Source of the DNA: a virus
Lineage: Duplodnaviria; Caudoviricetes
Direction: 5' to 3' (one strand)
Virus record (IMG/VR): IMGVR_UViG_3300044620_001883
Coordinates: 32,001-96,000 of that record
DNA length: 64,000 bases
Part shown: piece after piece, positions 26,098 through 35,579 of the stretch
Numbering within the stretch: the first letter of the stretch is position 1
Layout: every line of letters begins with the position of its first letter
The notes under the pieces: generated by a model
The model's database searches: none
The model's input: the letters and a program-made list of their open reading frames with translations, nothing else
What the model was told of the DNA's origin: nothing
Program-made: the position numbers and the translations under genes

Positions 26098-26656
26098 TGT
26101 CGCTTCGAATGACCTGGCCGAACAAGCTCTCTTGGAGCAGGCGGACAAATACCCCGCGCCCGCAGAACTGAGCAGACGCGCGCGTGCGGCGGAGAACTTT
26201 TTTACTGGCAAATCCAGCAGCTCTGTACAGGACCCTGACGACGCCGTCACACCAGTTTCCATCGCGCCGGTCAAACGTAAACGTGGAAGGCAACCGACAG
26301 ACAACACGCCAGTGGAAGCCAACACCACGGCTGCGGGTGAACTTGCACAGCTCCTTCTCTCCTCACAGGAGCGGATCACGCTCACCTTCGATTCCCTGAC
26401 CCTGCAATTCAGCGTGTTCGTGTATGTGAGTGAGGACGCCGCAACGTTAACTCTACTGGGCTGGGGCGCCAACCAAGTGCAGTTGAAGCTGCACGATATG
26501 GCCAGTCAGGTTATTAAAGTGACGCGACAGTCCGGTCAGGTTTACGACGCCATGTACCTCGGTGCCAGTGTCACGCTGGGGTTGCACGGTACGCTGATCA
26601 GTTTTATGCTGGTGGAGCATGATGATCAAAACTGGCATACCACCCGTCCAGAATAA
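26078..26656 (+). CDS. Hypothetical protein
   Basis: 192 aa; tiles with neighbours. Confidence 0.7.
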   Translation: MVPPNADVASNDLAEQALLEQADKYPAPAELSRRARAAENFFTGKSSSSVQDPDDAVTPVSIAPVKRKRGRQPTDNTPVEANTTAAGELAQLLLSSQERITLTFDSLTLQFSVFVYVSEDAATLTLLGWGANQVQLKLHDMASQVIKVTRQSGQVYDAMYLGASVTLGLHGTLISFMLVEHDDQNWHTTRPE

Positions 26657-26663
26657 AACAGCG

Positions 26664-26703
26664 GCACATCAACCCCAACCTCACGTGGTTGATGTTGATG
26701 TGC
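26664..26703 (+). terminator. Long hairpin upstream of the portal-like gene
   Basis: GCACATCAAC/GTTGATGTGC 10 bp plus inner CAACC/GGTTG. Confidence 0.5.
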
Positions 26704-26763
26704 TGGTTGAACTGATGCCTAAGCAGGCGGCAATCAAACCCTCCAAAACAACTTCCCACTCCC

Positions 26764-28572
26764 GTGTTCGAGTCGCATCAAAACTCACTGTCTAACACGG
26801 GAACCAGCGGGTTCTTGTCGTCGAGCATCTCCAAGTTTGGAGATCCTTTCATGCTGCCAAGCTGGTCCTTCGTCCCGGAGAACCTGACAGCACTTTTTGA
26901 AATTTGTCGTTTCCTGTACATCCGCACGCCTGAGTATGCGCGGGCCAGTCAGCGTGTTGTCTCGTATTTCCTCACGGATCTGGATTTCATCGGCGCCAAA
27001 TCCAAGGCCGGGGACAAGGCGGAACAGGATGAATTACGGGAGTGGATGCGCGACGGTATCGCCTTCTGGTTACATCTGGCTGAACTGGGGATGGACTGGT
27101 CGGCTTTCGGCAACGCGTTTGGACGGATGCACAGGCCGTTCAACAGGTTCCTGCTGATTCCCACGGACAATGGACACTCCGAAATGTCTGTGTCGGAGTT
27201 CCCGGATGCCAAGTACAAGTTTGAGACGCTCAAGTACGAGATTGCTGACCCTACACGTCAGCACCGCAGCCAGCGGCAGCGCCGCACTATTCAGGTCAAT
27301 TTCATTGACCGTGTTGCACGTGACCTGAACCGGCTGGCGTTGCGCCGGATCGATCCGGCTTACGCGTACCTCCAGCACGCGGACAGATCCGGGCGCTACC
27401 AGGTGGCTGAGCGTTTCCAGCCGTTCTTCAAAGCCGCTATCCGCCGCGGGGACCTGTGGCAGGTCAATGAGACTCCGATTGCGCAGCTGCGGGCGCTCGC
27501 CGCGGACAGTGATTTTCTCTACAACGAGGGGGAGGTGTTTCACCTGCGTGCTCCGTGCATCTCCGGCATCAGCGACTCCGGCTGGGGTATGCCTGAGATT
27601 CTGGCCAACTTCCCGAACATCCATCAGATGGCTGTCTACCGTCGAATCGACGAAGCCATTGGGTTGGACTATATGTTACCGTTCCGTGTGTTCTTCCCAC
27701 AGGCCGGCGCCAGCGGGTCACTCGACGCGTACGCGAACCAGGGCTCCATGCAGGTCTGGCAGCAGATGCTGCAGCAGATGATTGGAGACCGGCGCAAGGA
27801 TCCGTTTTCGATTCACGCCATGCCCTTCCAGATGGGCTTTGCGGAAGTCGGGGCCTCAGGCAAGCAGCTGACACCCAAGGAGAACATGGAGTGGCAGACC
27901 AACGCGATGCTAAACGCCCAGGGTTTTCCGGCCGAACTCTACAACGGTTCCATGGCTTGGCAGCAGGTGCCGACAGCCTTGCGGTTGTTTGAGAATACCT
28001 GGCAGCATTTGCCTTGGAGCTTCAACAAGCACCTCAAGTGGGTCGTGCGCACTGCCCTGGATTTCATGGGGCGGGAACAGATGCAGGTCAAGGCCGCCAG
28101 TCCGCGTATCCTCGACGACATCGAATCCCGGCAGGTGTACCTGCAATTGGCGGCCGGTGGAGAGTTTCCACGCCGCATCGCGTTCCGTCCTTACGGTGTG
28201 GACGATCCGGTCGAAGCAGCGGCGGAGCGAGCTCGCGAGAACGTCGAAATCAAACGGCAGGTGGACAAGATTCAGGCGGACGCTGCCTTGGAGGAAGGCG
28301 CAGGGTCAATCGGAGGAGGCGGCGGCGGCGCAGGTGGCGCACCGGGAGGGGTGGCCTACACACCTTCCCAGAAAGCCGAGCAGGCCCTCGCGGAGTCCCA
28401 GCGCTTGTTGCAGATCCAAGATGACGGGGATCGGGCTAAACAGCTCGCTGCCATCCGGTCCACGGATCCCGACATGCACGCTCTGGTGCGTCAGAAAATG
28501 ACGGAGCTACGTGCGGCTGCACGTAGTCAAGGCGGAGCGCAAGTGGCGCAGCTTGCATCAGCAGGGGCTTGA
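26764..28572 (+). CDS. Putative portal protein
   Basis: 602 aa; helical N-terminus, D..AFGNAF, WGMPEIL, EAI..DY..P blocks and a coiled C-terminus typical of phage portals; GTG start. Confidence 0.6.
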   Translation: MFESHQNSLSNTGTSGFLSSSISKFGDPFMLPSWSFVPENLTALFEICRFLYIRTPEYARASQRVVSYFLTDLDFIGAKSKAGDKAEQDELREWMRDGIAFWLHLAELGMDWSAFGNAFGRMHRPFNRFLLIPTDNGHSEMSVSEFPDAKYKFETLKYEIADPTRQHRSQRQRRTIQVNFIDRVARDLNRLALRRIDPAYAYLQHADRSGRYQVAERFQPFFKAAIRRGDLWQVNETPIAQLRALAADSDFLYNEGEVFHLRAPCISGISDSGWGMPEILANFPNIHQMAVYRRIDEAIGLDYMLPFRVFFPQAGASGSLDAYANQGSMQVWQQMLQQMIGDRRKDPFSIHAMPFQMGFAEVGASGKQLTPKENMEWQTNAMLNAQGFPAELYNGSMAWQQVPTALRLFENTWQHLPWSFNKHLKWVVRTALDFMGREQMQVKAASPRILDDIESRQVYLQLAAGGEFPRRIAFRPYGVDDPVEAAAERARENVEIKRQVDKIQADAALEEGAGSIGGGGGGAGGAPGGVAYTPSQKAEQALAESQRLLQIQDDGDRAKQLAAIRSTDPDMHALVRQKMTELRAAARSQGGAQVAQLASAGA

Positions 28573-28590
28573 TCTACATTTTGCGGTATT

Positions 28591-29232
28591 ATGCAACTTA
28601 TCCCGCACGCGGAACATGTTTCCAAACCACGCTCCCGGCTGCGCTATCAACGTATTGATGGGATGCCACCGCGTGGTTTCAATGAGCCCAAGGAGGACGA
28701 GGACCCTTCAGGCCTTTCCAAATTGAACTTGGTCGGCAAAGATTACTACAGTGGCTCCGGTACAGGCCCTGAAATTGAGAAAGTCTCAGCCCAGATCTGG
28801 GGTGCTCCTTTAGTCAATCTAGCTGTCAAACTCGCAACACGTCAGCCGCTGCCGTCGGGATTGGCGGCCGTGCATGACAACGCGACGTACATGAACACCG
28901 GCAAGCTGGTTCAAACGGACCCGTTCCGCCGTCCGGTTGGTGCGCCTGCTTGGCAATCCCAAACTCCCGACTTTCCTTTTCTGGGTACCTCGTTGTTTCA
29001 GCTGGCTCGTAATTTACGCAACAAGCTGCAAACCGCGCAGATGCCCAACATCCTGCAGCAGTCCGCCCCGCTGCGGGGCACTGTGGGGGCGTTGGGAGGT
29101 GCGGCGGCTGCTGCCGGCGCTGGCTGGTTGTCGAACATCCTGAATCAGAAGAACACCCCGCTGAGCCACTACGCCCTTGGCGGAGCAGGGCTCGCTGGTT
29201 TGCTCGCGTATGGAAGGGGCACCCACAAGTGA
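28591..29232 (+). CDS. KxA-motif virion/ejection-type protein
   Basis: EKVSA, VKLAT; two Gly/Ala hydrophobic helices. Confidence 0.7.
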   Translation: MQLIPHAEHVSKPRSRLRYQRIDGMPPRGFNEPKEDEDPSGLSKLNLVGKDYYSGSGTGPEIEKVSAQIWGAPLVNLAVKLATRQPLPSGLAAVHDNATYMNTGKLVQTDPFRRPVGAPAWQSQTPDFPFLGTSLFQLARNLRNKLQTAQMPNILQQSAPLRGTVGALGGAAAAAGAGWLSNILNQKNTPLSHYALGGAGLAGLLAYGRGTHK

Positions 29233-29507
29233 ACGTGGGAGCCCTGCTTCGTATGCTTATCCAAGGTGCCATGGATATTCCGCCCAGCGCCAAGCAGGGG
29301 ATCATGGGTATCATTGACCTTCTGCCGGAGGAACACAAACAGCGGTTGTTTCAACTTCTCAGGGCAGGCACGGCTGCAGGTATCGGCGCAGTTGTGTCCT
29401 CCTTCCTTTCGGGGTATGGTGGTCCGGGCGCACTCGCAGGCCTGGCCGTTCAATCCAGCATACGCTACGCCACACCAGATCAACTCACTTACCGTCCGTA
29501 TTTATGA
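29229..29507 (+). CDS. Small Gly-zipper protein
   Basis: GTGA/ATGA overlaps; AGTAAGIGAVVS. Confidence 0.65.
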   Translation: MNVGALLRMLIQGAMDIPPSAKQGIMGIIDLLPEEHKQRLFQLLRAGTAAGIGAVVSSFLSGYGGPGALAGLAVQSSIRYATPDQLTYRPYL

Positions 29508-30067
29508 ATCACAGGAACGCTGCTCAAACTCACGTCATGCATGAAACCGCGAGACAGCTGGGCTGTTCTCCACTCGATTTGCAAGTGGCGAAAGCAGCGG
29601 CTGAGCACCTGGACAACCGGGCGTTTGGACGCATCCTTGCTTTGATCGGCGACACCTGTCTCATCAAGGCAGGCCATGAAGGCAAATTCGCGCAGCAGTT
29701 GTACTGCAGGCTGTGGCGCAGCCCTGAGTGGAACCCGTCGTTTGATACCCTGGTGGAACCCGTCCAAGACGCCTTGGGTCGTGTGAACATCAAACAGGCC
29801 AGCTTTGGCACTGCGACGATTGCCTCCATGTTCCCTCGTGCAGGTACAAGCATTTCGGACAACATGTTTGGCATTCTCAGCGCGTTGGCGTTGGGTGGAG
29901 GTGTCGTTGGCAGTGGTGTGGGCGCTCTGAACTGGCACCTGAAGCGCATGACACAGGCCGACGACGCCAAGGCTGAGGAGTTGGATACCAAGGCCGATTT
30001 CTACAAGCAGCTGGCGGATGAGATCGGCACAGATGCGCGGTTGCGCAAATGGCAGCAGGGTGCATGA
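29504..30067 (+). CDS. KxA-motif virion protein
   Basis: IKQAS; LALGGGVVGSGVGAL helix. Confidence 0.7.
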   Translation: MNHRNAAQTHVMHETARQLGCSPLDLQVAKAAAEHLDNRAFGRILALIGDTCLIKAGHEGKFAQQLYCRLWRSPEWNPSFDTLVEPVQDALGRVNIKQASFGTATIASMFPRAGTSISDNMFGILSALALGGGVVGSGVGALNWHLKRMTQADDAKAEELDTKADFYKQLADEIGTDARLRKWQQGA

Positions 30068-30074
30068 ATGCGCC

Positions 30075-30476
30075 ATGTCTCCATCTGACCTATCTCCCGG
30101 TATAGCCCTCCCTGCCGCAGTGCCTGTCCTGGGCCAGGCAGCGGTGGAAGTTGTCGACACAGTACGTCGACCAGAGAAGTGGGTTAAGGGCAAGCCACAG
30201 CTCAAGGATCATTTTGTAAAAAACCAGCAGCACGTCAAGTACGGGCCCATAACACACAAGATCCTGAATCTGTTGGATGCTGATGACCTGGGGGCGCTGA
30301 ACGAGTTGTACGAGCAGTCGCATAATCCCACCGGGGACGGTGCTTGTATTGAAATCATGCGACACAGCGAGCCTGTCGTTGTCGGTGACAAATGGATATG
30401 CCACATTATGTTGCGCGATATCTTTTACAGAAAGCTCGATCCTCATGACTCAGACGACACCAATTCCAAACCCTAA
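30075..30476 (+). CDS. Hypothetical protein
   Basis: 133 aa in the structural cluster. Confidence 0.65.
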   Translation: MSPSDLSPGIALPAAVPVLGQAAVEVVDTVRRPEKWVKGKPQLKDHFVKNQQHVKYGPITHKILNLLDADDLGALNELYEQSHNPTGDGACIEIMRHSEPVVVGDKWICHIMLRDIFYRKLDPHDSDDTNSKP

Positions 30477-31944
30477 CGTCAAGCAGGCGGACGCTGCTAT
30501 GTTCCCCACCGCAGGGATGCCAGCCCCAGCAGGGATGCCAGCCCCAGCAGCGATGCCAGCCCCAGCAGCGGCTCCCGCCCCTCCCGCCCCTGCCGCCCCT
30601 GTGGGAACCCACGACACTCATGTCAACCCAGGGTTCCTTGCCCGCATGCTGCTTGGAGGTCTGGTCGCCGGCGGCGGGGTAGGACTTCTGACCGCGTTGC
30701 TTCGGCAGCGGAACGCCATCGTGGAGGACAAAAACGAGGCAGCCGATTCTGACTTGGAGCTGCAACTACCGGCGAGACTTCGCAAGCAGGCCTCAGGTTT
30801 TTCTCAACTCATGAACCTGGCGGCCCCCGCCGGGGAGTGGTTCAATGAGAAAATGGCACCGGCTGAGCAGTACGTGCAGTCACCAATGCCCGCGGCAGGA
30901 AAACAACCACTGAGCGTGTGGGACTACATGTTGGGTGGTGCAGCGTTCCCCCTGGCTGCGCTGGGCGGGTTGCAGCTGACACGCAAGGCCTACCAAGGCT
31001 GGCGCGAGCGGGACGTGAAAGACAGGCTTGCGGAACAGCAGTCGCGCTACATGGCGGCGCTGCAGGCCGAAGCTGAAGGTACAAAGGAGGCGGCAGACGG
31101 GCGAGGCTTGAGTATGCCGCAGATCGCCGCTCTTGCGATTGGCGGCATACCGTTACTGACAGCCCTGACGTCGGGCTTGCTGACGGATCGTTTTCTGGAC
31201 CAGCAATTCCCGCTCAAACCCAAGATGCAGGCCCCGGTGAACCGAGTGCGTGTCGGGTTTGGGGAAGACCCGGCAGCAGAGGAGGAGGAAGACACGGAGG
31301 CTTTCAAGAAAGCATCCGACGCCCTGGTACATGTGGCTCTCCAGTTTGAAAAGCTTGCAGCCGATGCCGGTGTCAAAGCCGTCATCGCTGCAGTGGGACA
31401 CGGGATGCTCGATGACCTGGAACGTCATCAGTTCAAATATGGTTCGGACGCCATGCTGGATCTGGCCCAAGGAGCCAACCTTGAGTTGCCGTCGGATCCT
31501 TTGGTCAAGTGCGCAGCTGTGCGGGTCGCGGTGCAGTCTGGTATTGGGCCTGCTCTGATGCTCATGTCTGCCGGTGTTTTCGCTAATGCTGCACCGCACT
31601 GGCGCAAGCAAGGCGCACAGCTGGCGGAGTTCAACAAGACGGCGTCGCAGCTGATTAGTTGTACGGCTTCCGCCCTGGATCTGCATATCGCGGCACTGGC
31701 CGGCGAAGAAGTCATCAAGGCGGCGGCAGCGCAGGCTGCCCCACAAACACCGATGGAACAACTGCGTGCTATGCTTGCCCAACAGGGTGGCGCAGCAACT
31801 ATCGGTAAAGATGACGCGTCGCAAATGCACACGGGTACGCTACAGACGGCAGCCACGGGCTCCCAGTTCAGTGATTCCACACAGCAGGTCAACAGACCGC
31901 AGAACATCAAAGACGATATTGTAGACAACGTCCTGGTTAAATGA
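30445..31944 (+). CDS. Large KxA-motif virion/ejection-type protein
   Basis: 8 K-x-A motifs (KQAD, KQAS, KEAA, KKAS, KLAA, KCAA, KTAS, KAAA); Gly-rich hydrophobic helices. Confidence 0.75.
   Translation: MTQTTPIPNPNVKQADAAMFPTAGMPAPAGMPAPAAMPAPAAAPAPPAPAAPVGTHDTHVNPGFLARMLLGGLVAGGGVGLLTALLRQRNAIVEDKNEAADSDLELQLPARLRKQASGFSQLMNLAAPAGEWFNEKMAPAEQYVQSPMPAAGKQPLSVWDYMLGGAAFPLAALGGLQLTRKAYQGWRERDVKDRLAEQQSRYMAALQAEAEGTKEAADGRGLSMPQIAALAIGGIPLLTALTSGLLTDRFLDQQFPLKPKMQAPVNRVRVGFGEDPAAEEEEDTEAFKKASDALVHVALQFEKLAADAGVKAVIAAVGHGMLDDLERHQFKYGSDAMLDLAQGANLELPSDPLVKCAAVRVAVQSGIGPALMLMSAGVFANAAPHWRKQGAQLAEFNKTASQLISCTASALDLHIAALAGEEVIKAAAAQAAPQTPMEQLRAMLAQQGGAATIGKDDASQMHTGTLQTAATGSQFSDSTQQVNRPQNIKDDIVDNVLVK
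30511..30570 (+). repeat. 18-nt coding repeat (AGMPAP) x3
   Basis: GCAGGGATGCCAGCCCCA tandem copies. Confidence 0.9.
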
Positions 31945-32495
31945 CACCCAGCATTGCTGATATTATCTCACGCGCCCAAGAAAGTCTTGGGCAGGTATGG
32001 TTGACCAACTATCGGAGTAGCGACGGCAAAGTTGCGAATTATCGGCTGCAGGTGCATCCCGCGCATTTCTATCCGTCTCTGATCAACCAGACTATCGCCA
32101 TGTTACAGCGAGTCGCGGAGGAAACAGAGCAGAAGGCTGAGTGTCCAGCCCCGGCGGTCATGCAGGCTGCCGCGACGCGATTGCTGGGCACGTTACAGCA
32201 GCGGCAGGCCGCCTTTGAGGAGCAGCAGAAATCTGCTGCGGGTATGCCACCCGAGAACCCCAATCTGCAGTTGCAGCCAGACGCGACGCTCATGCTGCGC
32301 AACGTGGAGGTACTCGAGACTGTCGTGGTTGAAGAACCAGCAATGAAGGCAGGCAAACGCGCCACCGCCGCAAAGGTGTACACACCGGATGAACAAGCGG
32401 AGCGTTGGCTACGGGCCAACTGGCCGTTAAAGCGTTACGGGGCGTCTTTCAAACTTGTCCCTGGAAAGTTTAGTTCAATCGTACCAACCGCTTAA
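31941..32495 (+). CDS. Hypothetical protein
   Basis: ATGA overlap; 184 aa. Confidence 0.75.
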   Translation: MTPSIADIISRAQESLGQVWLTNYRSSDGKVANYRLQVHPAHFYPSLINQTIAMLQRVAEETEQKAECPAPAVMQAAATRLLGTLQQRQAAFEEQQKSAAGMPPENPNLQLQPDATLMLRNVEVLETVVVEEPAMKAGKRATAAKVYTPDEQAERWLRANWPLKRYGASFKLVPGKFSSIVPTA

Positions 32496-32502
32496 AACAC
32501 AC

Positions 32503-33117
32503 ATGGAATTCTACTCAAAACACAACAGGCTTACGCCAGAACTCTGGCATGATTACAGCGTCAACGCCTACAGGACGACGCCGGATGTCGGAAAACTGCT
32601 AACGCAATGGGGAGTTATTCAACCTGGTCAAGACCCTGCAATGGTGGTGTGGGATCTGGCAAATGTCAGGCGTGTCGAGGATCTCAAGCACGGCGCCCAC
32701 GGACTGGCCACGGAGTTGTATGAATACGCCTGCGCTCCGGATGAGGAAAACCGCAACGAGGAACTTGGGGATATCTGCTGGTACTTGGCTGTGATCGTAC
32801 GTGGCCTTGACTTGTGCCTCGATGATATCTGCCCACCAACCGATGACGGCACCATGTTTGCAATGACATTCCCGGCGTGTGCACATGAGGTTGTGGGAGA
32901 CCTCAAACGCCTGGCCTACTATGATCGCCAAGAAATACGGGACAGGTTAATCACCAACATCAGATCCACATTGATCTGTATTCAGGGACTTGCATCCTGC
33001 AGCATGGCCGAGTTGCTAGATCAGAACAGTCATAAACTTCTCAAGAAACGTTACCCTGATGGATTCAGCAACGAAGCAGCTACGGCTCGCCGCGATAAAC
33101 CGGGCGAGAGCGATTGA
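32503..33117 (+). CDS. MazG-like nucleotide pyrophosphohydrolase
   Basis: GLATELYE...EELGDICWYLA and N..KLLKKRYPDGFS. Confidence 0.85.
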   Translation: MEFYSKHNRLTPELWHDYSVNAYRTTPDVGKLLTQWGVIQPGQDPAMVVWDLANVRRVEDLKHGAHGLATELYEYACAPDEENRNEELGDICWYLAVIVRGLDLCLDDICPPTDDGTMFAMTFPACAHEVVGDLKRLAYYDRQEIRDRLITNIRSTLICIQGLASCSMAELLDQNSHKLLKKRYPDGFSNEAATARRDKPGESD

Positions 33118-33481
33118 TGCAGAATGGCATCGAGCGGGGGAGTTGATGCGGACCACCCAGGACTTTCGTTCGGACGTGGCCTGGTATTGGGCAGGACCAG
33201 AGGACGACTTCACACGTGCTGCTTTTTGGCAGATCGTGGTGCAGGCACGCTGCATTGTGTTGGAGTTCCTCAATGACGCGATCATTGGATTGGTCTGGGA
33301 TCGAGGCCAACCCGCAGTAGCCTACGACGCCTCGCTGGCGCTGGCGATCTTGCGGCGTAAATGGCTGTTGGGGGACACGTCAACAAAGTTGCAGCGCGAG
33401 ATAGAGGCCAGGGAACTTGAGAAGTTCGAGGCAATGCTGCACACAGACTTTGGAAAGACAACGCCTTGGTTTTTGATGTAG
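33059..33481 (+). CDS. Hypothetical protein (start uncertain)
   Basis: 140-aa ORF filling the gap before the AT-rich region. Confidence 0.55.
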   Translation: MDSATKQLRLAAINRARAIDAEWHRAGELMRTTQDFRSDVAWYWAGPEDDFTRAAFWQIVVQARCIVLEFLNDAIIGLVWDRGQPAVAYDASLALAILRRKWLLGDTSTKLQREIEARELEKFEAMLHTDFGKTTPWFLM

Positions 33482-33720
33482 ATGGTTATAAGAGTATCCA
33501 GTATAATACACTGAAGAATGTGCGAAATGGGCAATTTCCTGAACGTGTTTTGGAATAAGTTGAACAAACTGTTCAGCGTGATACATGTATGCTAAGTATT
33601 GATTATCAATTATTTAGCTGCGTTTTAGGTTTCACCAGAAATGGTGCGCTTAAAATGTTGTTCAGCGTTTTAAGTTATTGCTACACAGTGCTTTACAACA
33701 CTCAATTTGCTGATGGCTAC
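33482..33720. promoter_or_regulatory. AT-rich palindrome cluster with an IHF consensus site
   Basis: TATAAT 33502; GTTGAACA/TGTTCAGC; ATACATGTAT; near-palindrome 33591-33618 containing TATCAATTATTTA (WATCAANNNNTTR) 33604-33616. Confidence 0.55.
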
Positions 33721-34147
33721 AATGTACAGTTTCGCGTGTATTGACACGAATGGTGGTCATCGCAATTACTACCGGACCGCGAGCAAGGAGTCTATGTGCG
33801 TGCTGGGCGCTGACGGCAAAACCGTGCTGCAGTGTCCCGAAGACATTGATCACACGGACACGATTGTGTTGCCTGGCGGTGTGCACCTCAGCATCCGAGA
33901 GATCGCACTTTCGGGTCTAGCAGGTTGGGTGACAGCACCCCCCACGTCCTATCGTTGGTGGTTGGAGTTCACGGACGGTACACGCGCCTCTTACTTGTTG
34001 CGTGAGCCTGACAGCACAGTTTATCAGTTTTTTCCTGAGCAGGAAAACGGAGCATGGGTGCCTGCGCGCACCGTGCAGGAGCAGGCAATCTTGTGGCACC
34101 CACGTGCGAACAAGTACGGGTTAGTTGTTAAAGTACATCCTGTTTAG
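33707..34147 (+). CDS. Hypothetical protein (start 33707-33722)
   Basis: Open frame after the AT-rich region. Confidence 0.65.
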   Translation: MLMATMYSFACIDTNGGHRNYYRTASKESMCVLGADGKTVLQCPEDIDHTDTIVLPGGVHLSIREIALSGLAGWVTAPPTSYRWWLEFTDGTRASYLLREPDSTVYQFFPEQENGAWVPARTVQEQAILWHPRANKYGLVVKVHPV

Positions 34148-34188
34148 ATTGTACTTGCCGTCGTTGATTATCTTGCCAGTTCTACATC

Positions 34189-34755
34189 ATGGTTAAAAAA
34201 GCATCATCTAAAGGGGGCACCGCATCTGCGAGTGCCGGTATCGAAGTCGTCTATCGCGTCGGTGGGCAGGAGTTCACTGACAAGGCCGCTGCGGAAACGC
34301 ATGCTGCGAAGCATTCCGTGGAAGCAAAAGTAGCGTCCGCTGTGTCGGCTGTCATGCAACGCACCGCAGCGCGCAAGCGTCAGGACGTGCATGAGGGTGT
34401 CAAACATGTGTGCACACTGCTGCTCACCAATCCGGAGCTCGCGGCAAGGCTGCAGGAACTCATCAGCGGCGGAGGCGTGGACGCGAAAGCAGCAACGCGT
34501 GCCGTCGCAAAGACCCCCAAGACAAAGAAACCCACGGCGGAAGCCAAGGCACCAAGGGCCAAGAAACCCGCAGCGCCCGAGAGCAAGCCCGAGAAACCTG
34601 CGGAGTCGGAAAACAAGCCCGAGAAGCAGACCAGGACCAAGAAAGCTGCCGCGGTCAAACCTGCAGCAACCCCACCGGCTGCGGCGGAGGCTCCACCCAA
34701 GATCGACTTCTCCAAGTTTCCACCGCCACCCCCGCCACCACCACCTGGTAAGTAA
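34189..34755 (+). CDS. Lys/Ala/Pro-rich histone-H1-like protein with P9-GK terminus
   Basis: KKPTAEAK, KKPAAPESKPEK, KKAAAVK; ends FPPPPPPPPPGK. Confidence 0.7.
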   Translation: MVKKASSKGGTASASAGIEVVYRVGGQEFTDKAAAETHAAKHSVEAKVASAVSAVMQRTAARKRQDVHEGVKHVCTLLLTNPELAARLQELISGGGVDAKAATRAVAKTPKTKKPTAEAKAPRAKKPAAPESKPEKPAESENKPEKQTRTKKAAAVKPAATPPAAAEAPPKIDFSKFPPPPPPPPPGK

Positions 34756-34791
34756 GCACAGGAACTGATCTCCTCTAACGACGTACTTGCC

Positions 34792-35343
34792 ATGGACCCT
34801 CACATCATCATTTCCGGTTCGAATCCCCAGCCTACTGAACCCCCATCTCCGACTGGAGGTGTGGCGTTCCGGCAGGCGGATTTTGACCAGCAGGTGCGAG
34901 GGCTCCATGCAAGTGCACGTGTGCGTCCAGAGGACGTACTTGTCGGTAATCCGGAGCATCGGCCCTTTGTGACGGTGATCCCGATTCTACCCCATCCCTT
35001 CAGTGTTGATCTGCAGCATGTGATCATTTTCACACGCGCGCCGAATCTGACAGAGGCGCTGGGCCGCACACCCATCATCTGGGAGAAGTTCATCAAACCG
35101 ATACACTTCCCACCACAGTCGGACTTCACAGGTGTTCCAATGGCGAAAGCCTTGGACGAAGAGGATTGGGTCGAGTACCTGAAATCCTGCCTGCGGGCGC
35201 AAAGAGACCAACCGCACAAGTACAAACTTGTGGCGCTGGGCCGCGGTTCATTCCCGCACACATTTTGTCCCTTGTGGTTGCTGGAGGACTTCAAGGATAT
35301 GTGCAGCTTCGAAGTGGACAACCGCAAGGATGTGGTCGCGTGA
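34792..35343 (+). CDS. Hypothetical protein
   Basis: 183 aa. Confidence 0.7.
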   Translation: MDPHIIISGSNPQPTEPPSPTGGVAFRQADFDQQVRGLHASARVRPEDVLVGNPEHRPFVTVIPILPHPFSVDLQHVIIFTRAPNLTEALGRTPIIWEKFIKPIHFPPQSDFTGVPMAKALDEEDWVEYLKSCLRAQRDQPHKYKLVALGRGSFPHTFCPLWLLEDFKDMCSFEVDNRKDVVA

Positions 35344-35579
35344 CCAAACACGCACCAGTCGAAATGGAATTGCGCCGGTTGACGGCGGCTCATCGTTACG
35401 GTGAGTTGAAAAATGTACGACGCCTTTCACCAGGGTTAGCGGCAGGAGTGGTCCAAACCGGCTGTAGGACACTCATTTGTCGGCGCCTGAGAACAGGGGA
35501 ATGCGTTTTGTTGTGGTCCGCATCATGGCTGCCTTTGCGGCAGCTTCTGAGGCTCCAACATGCCGGCTATCAAACATAA
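35340..35579 (+). CDS. Hypothetical protein
   Basis: GTGA overlap; fills the gap. Confidence 0.4.
   Translation: MTKHAPVEMELRRLTAAHRYGELKNVRRLSPGLAAGVVQTGCRTLICRRLRTGECVLLWSASWLPLRQLLRLQHAGYQT

Noticed and set aside
11970-26687. Shared 10-mer ACCTCACGTG upstream of the SSB-like and portal-like genes
   Set aside because: Only two copies of a mixed-composition 10-mer, expected by chance among many intergenic pairs
33643-33670. dif-like site (GGTGCGCTTAA resembles the XerC arm)
   Set aside because: No XerD arm (TTATGTTAAAT) at the required 6-bp spacing on either side
34816-34827. GGTTCGAATCCC, tRNA T-loop-like
   Set aside because: Flanks do not form a T-stem or cloverleaf; lies inside a CDS
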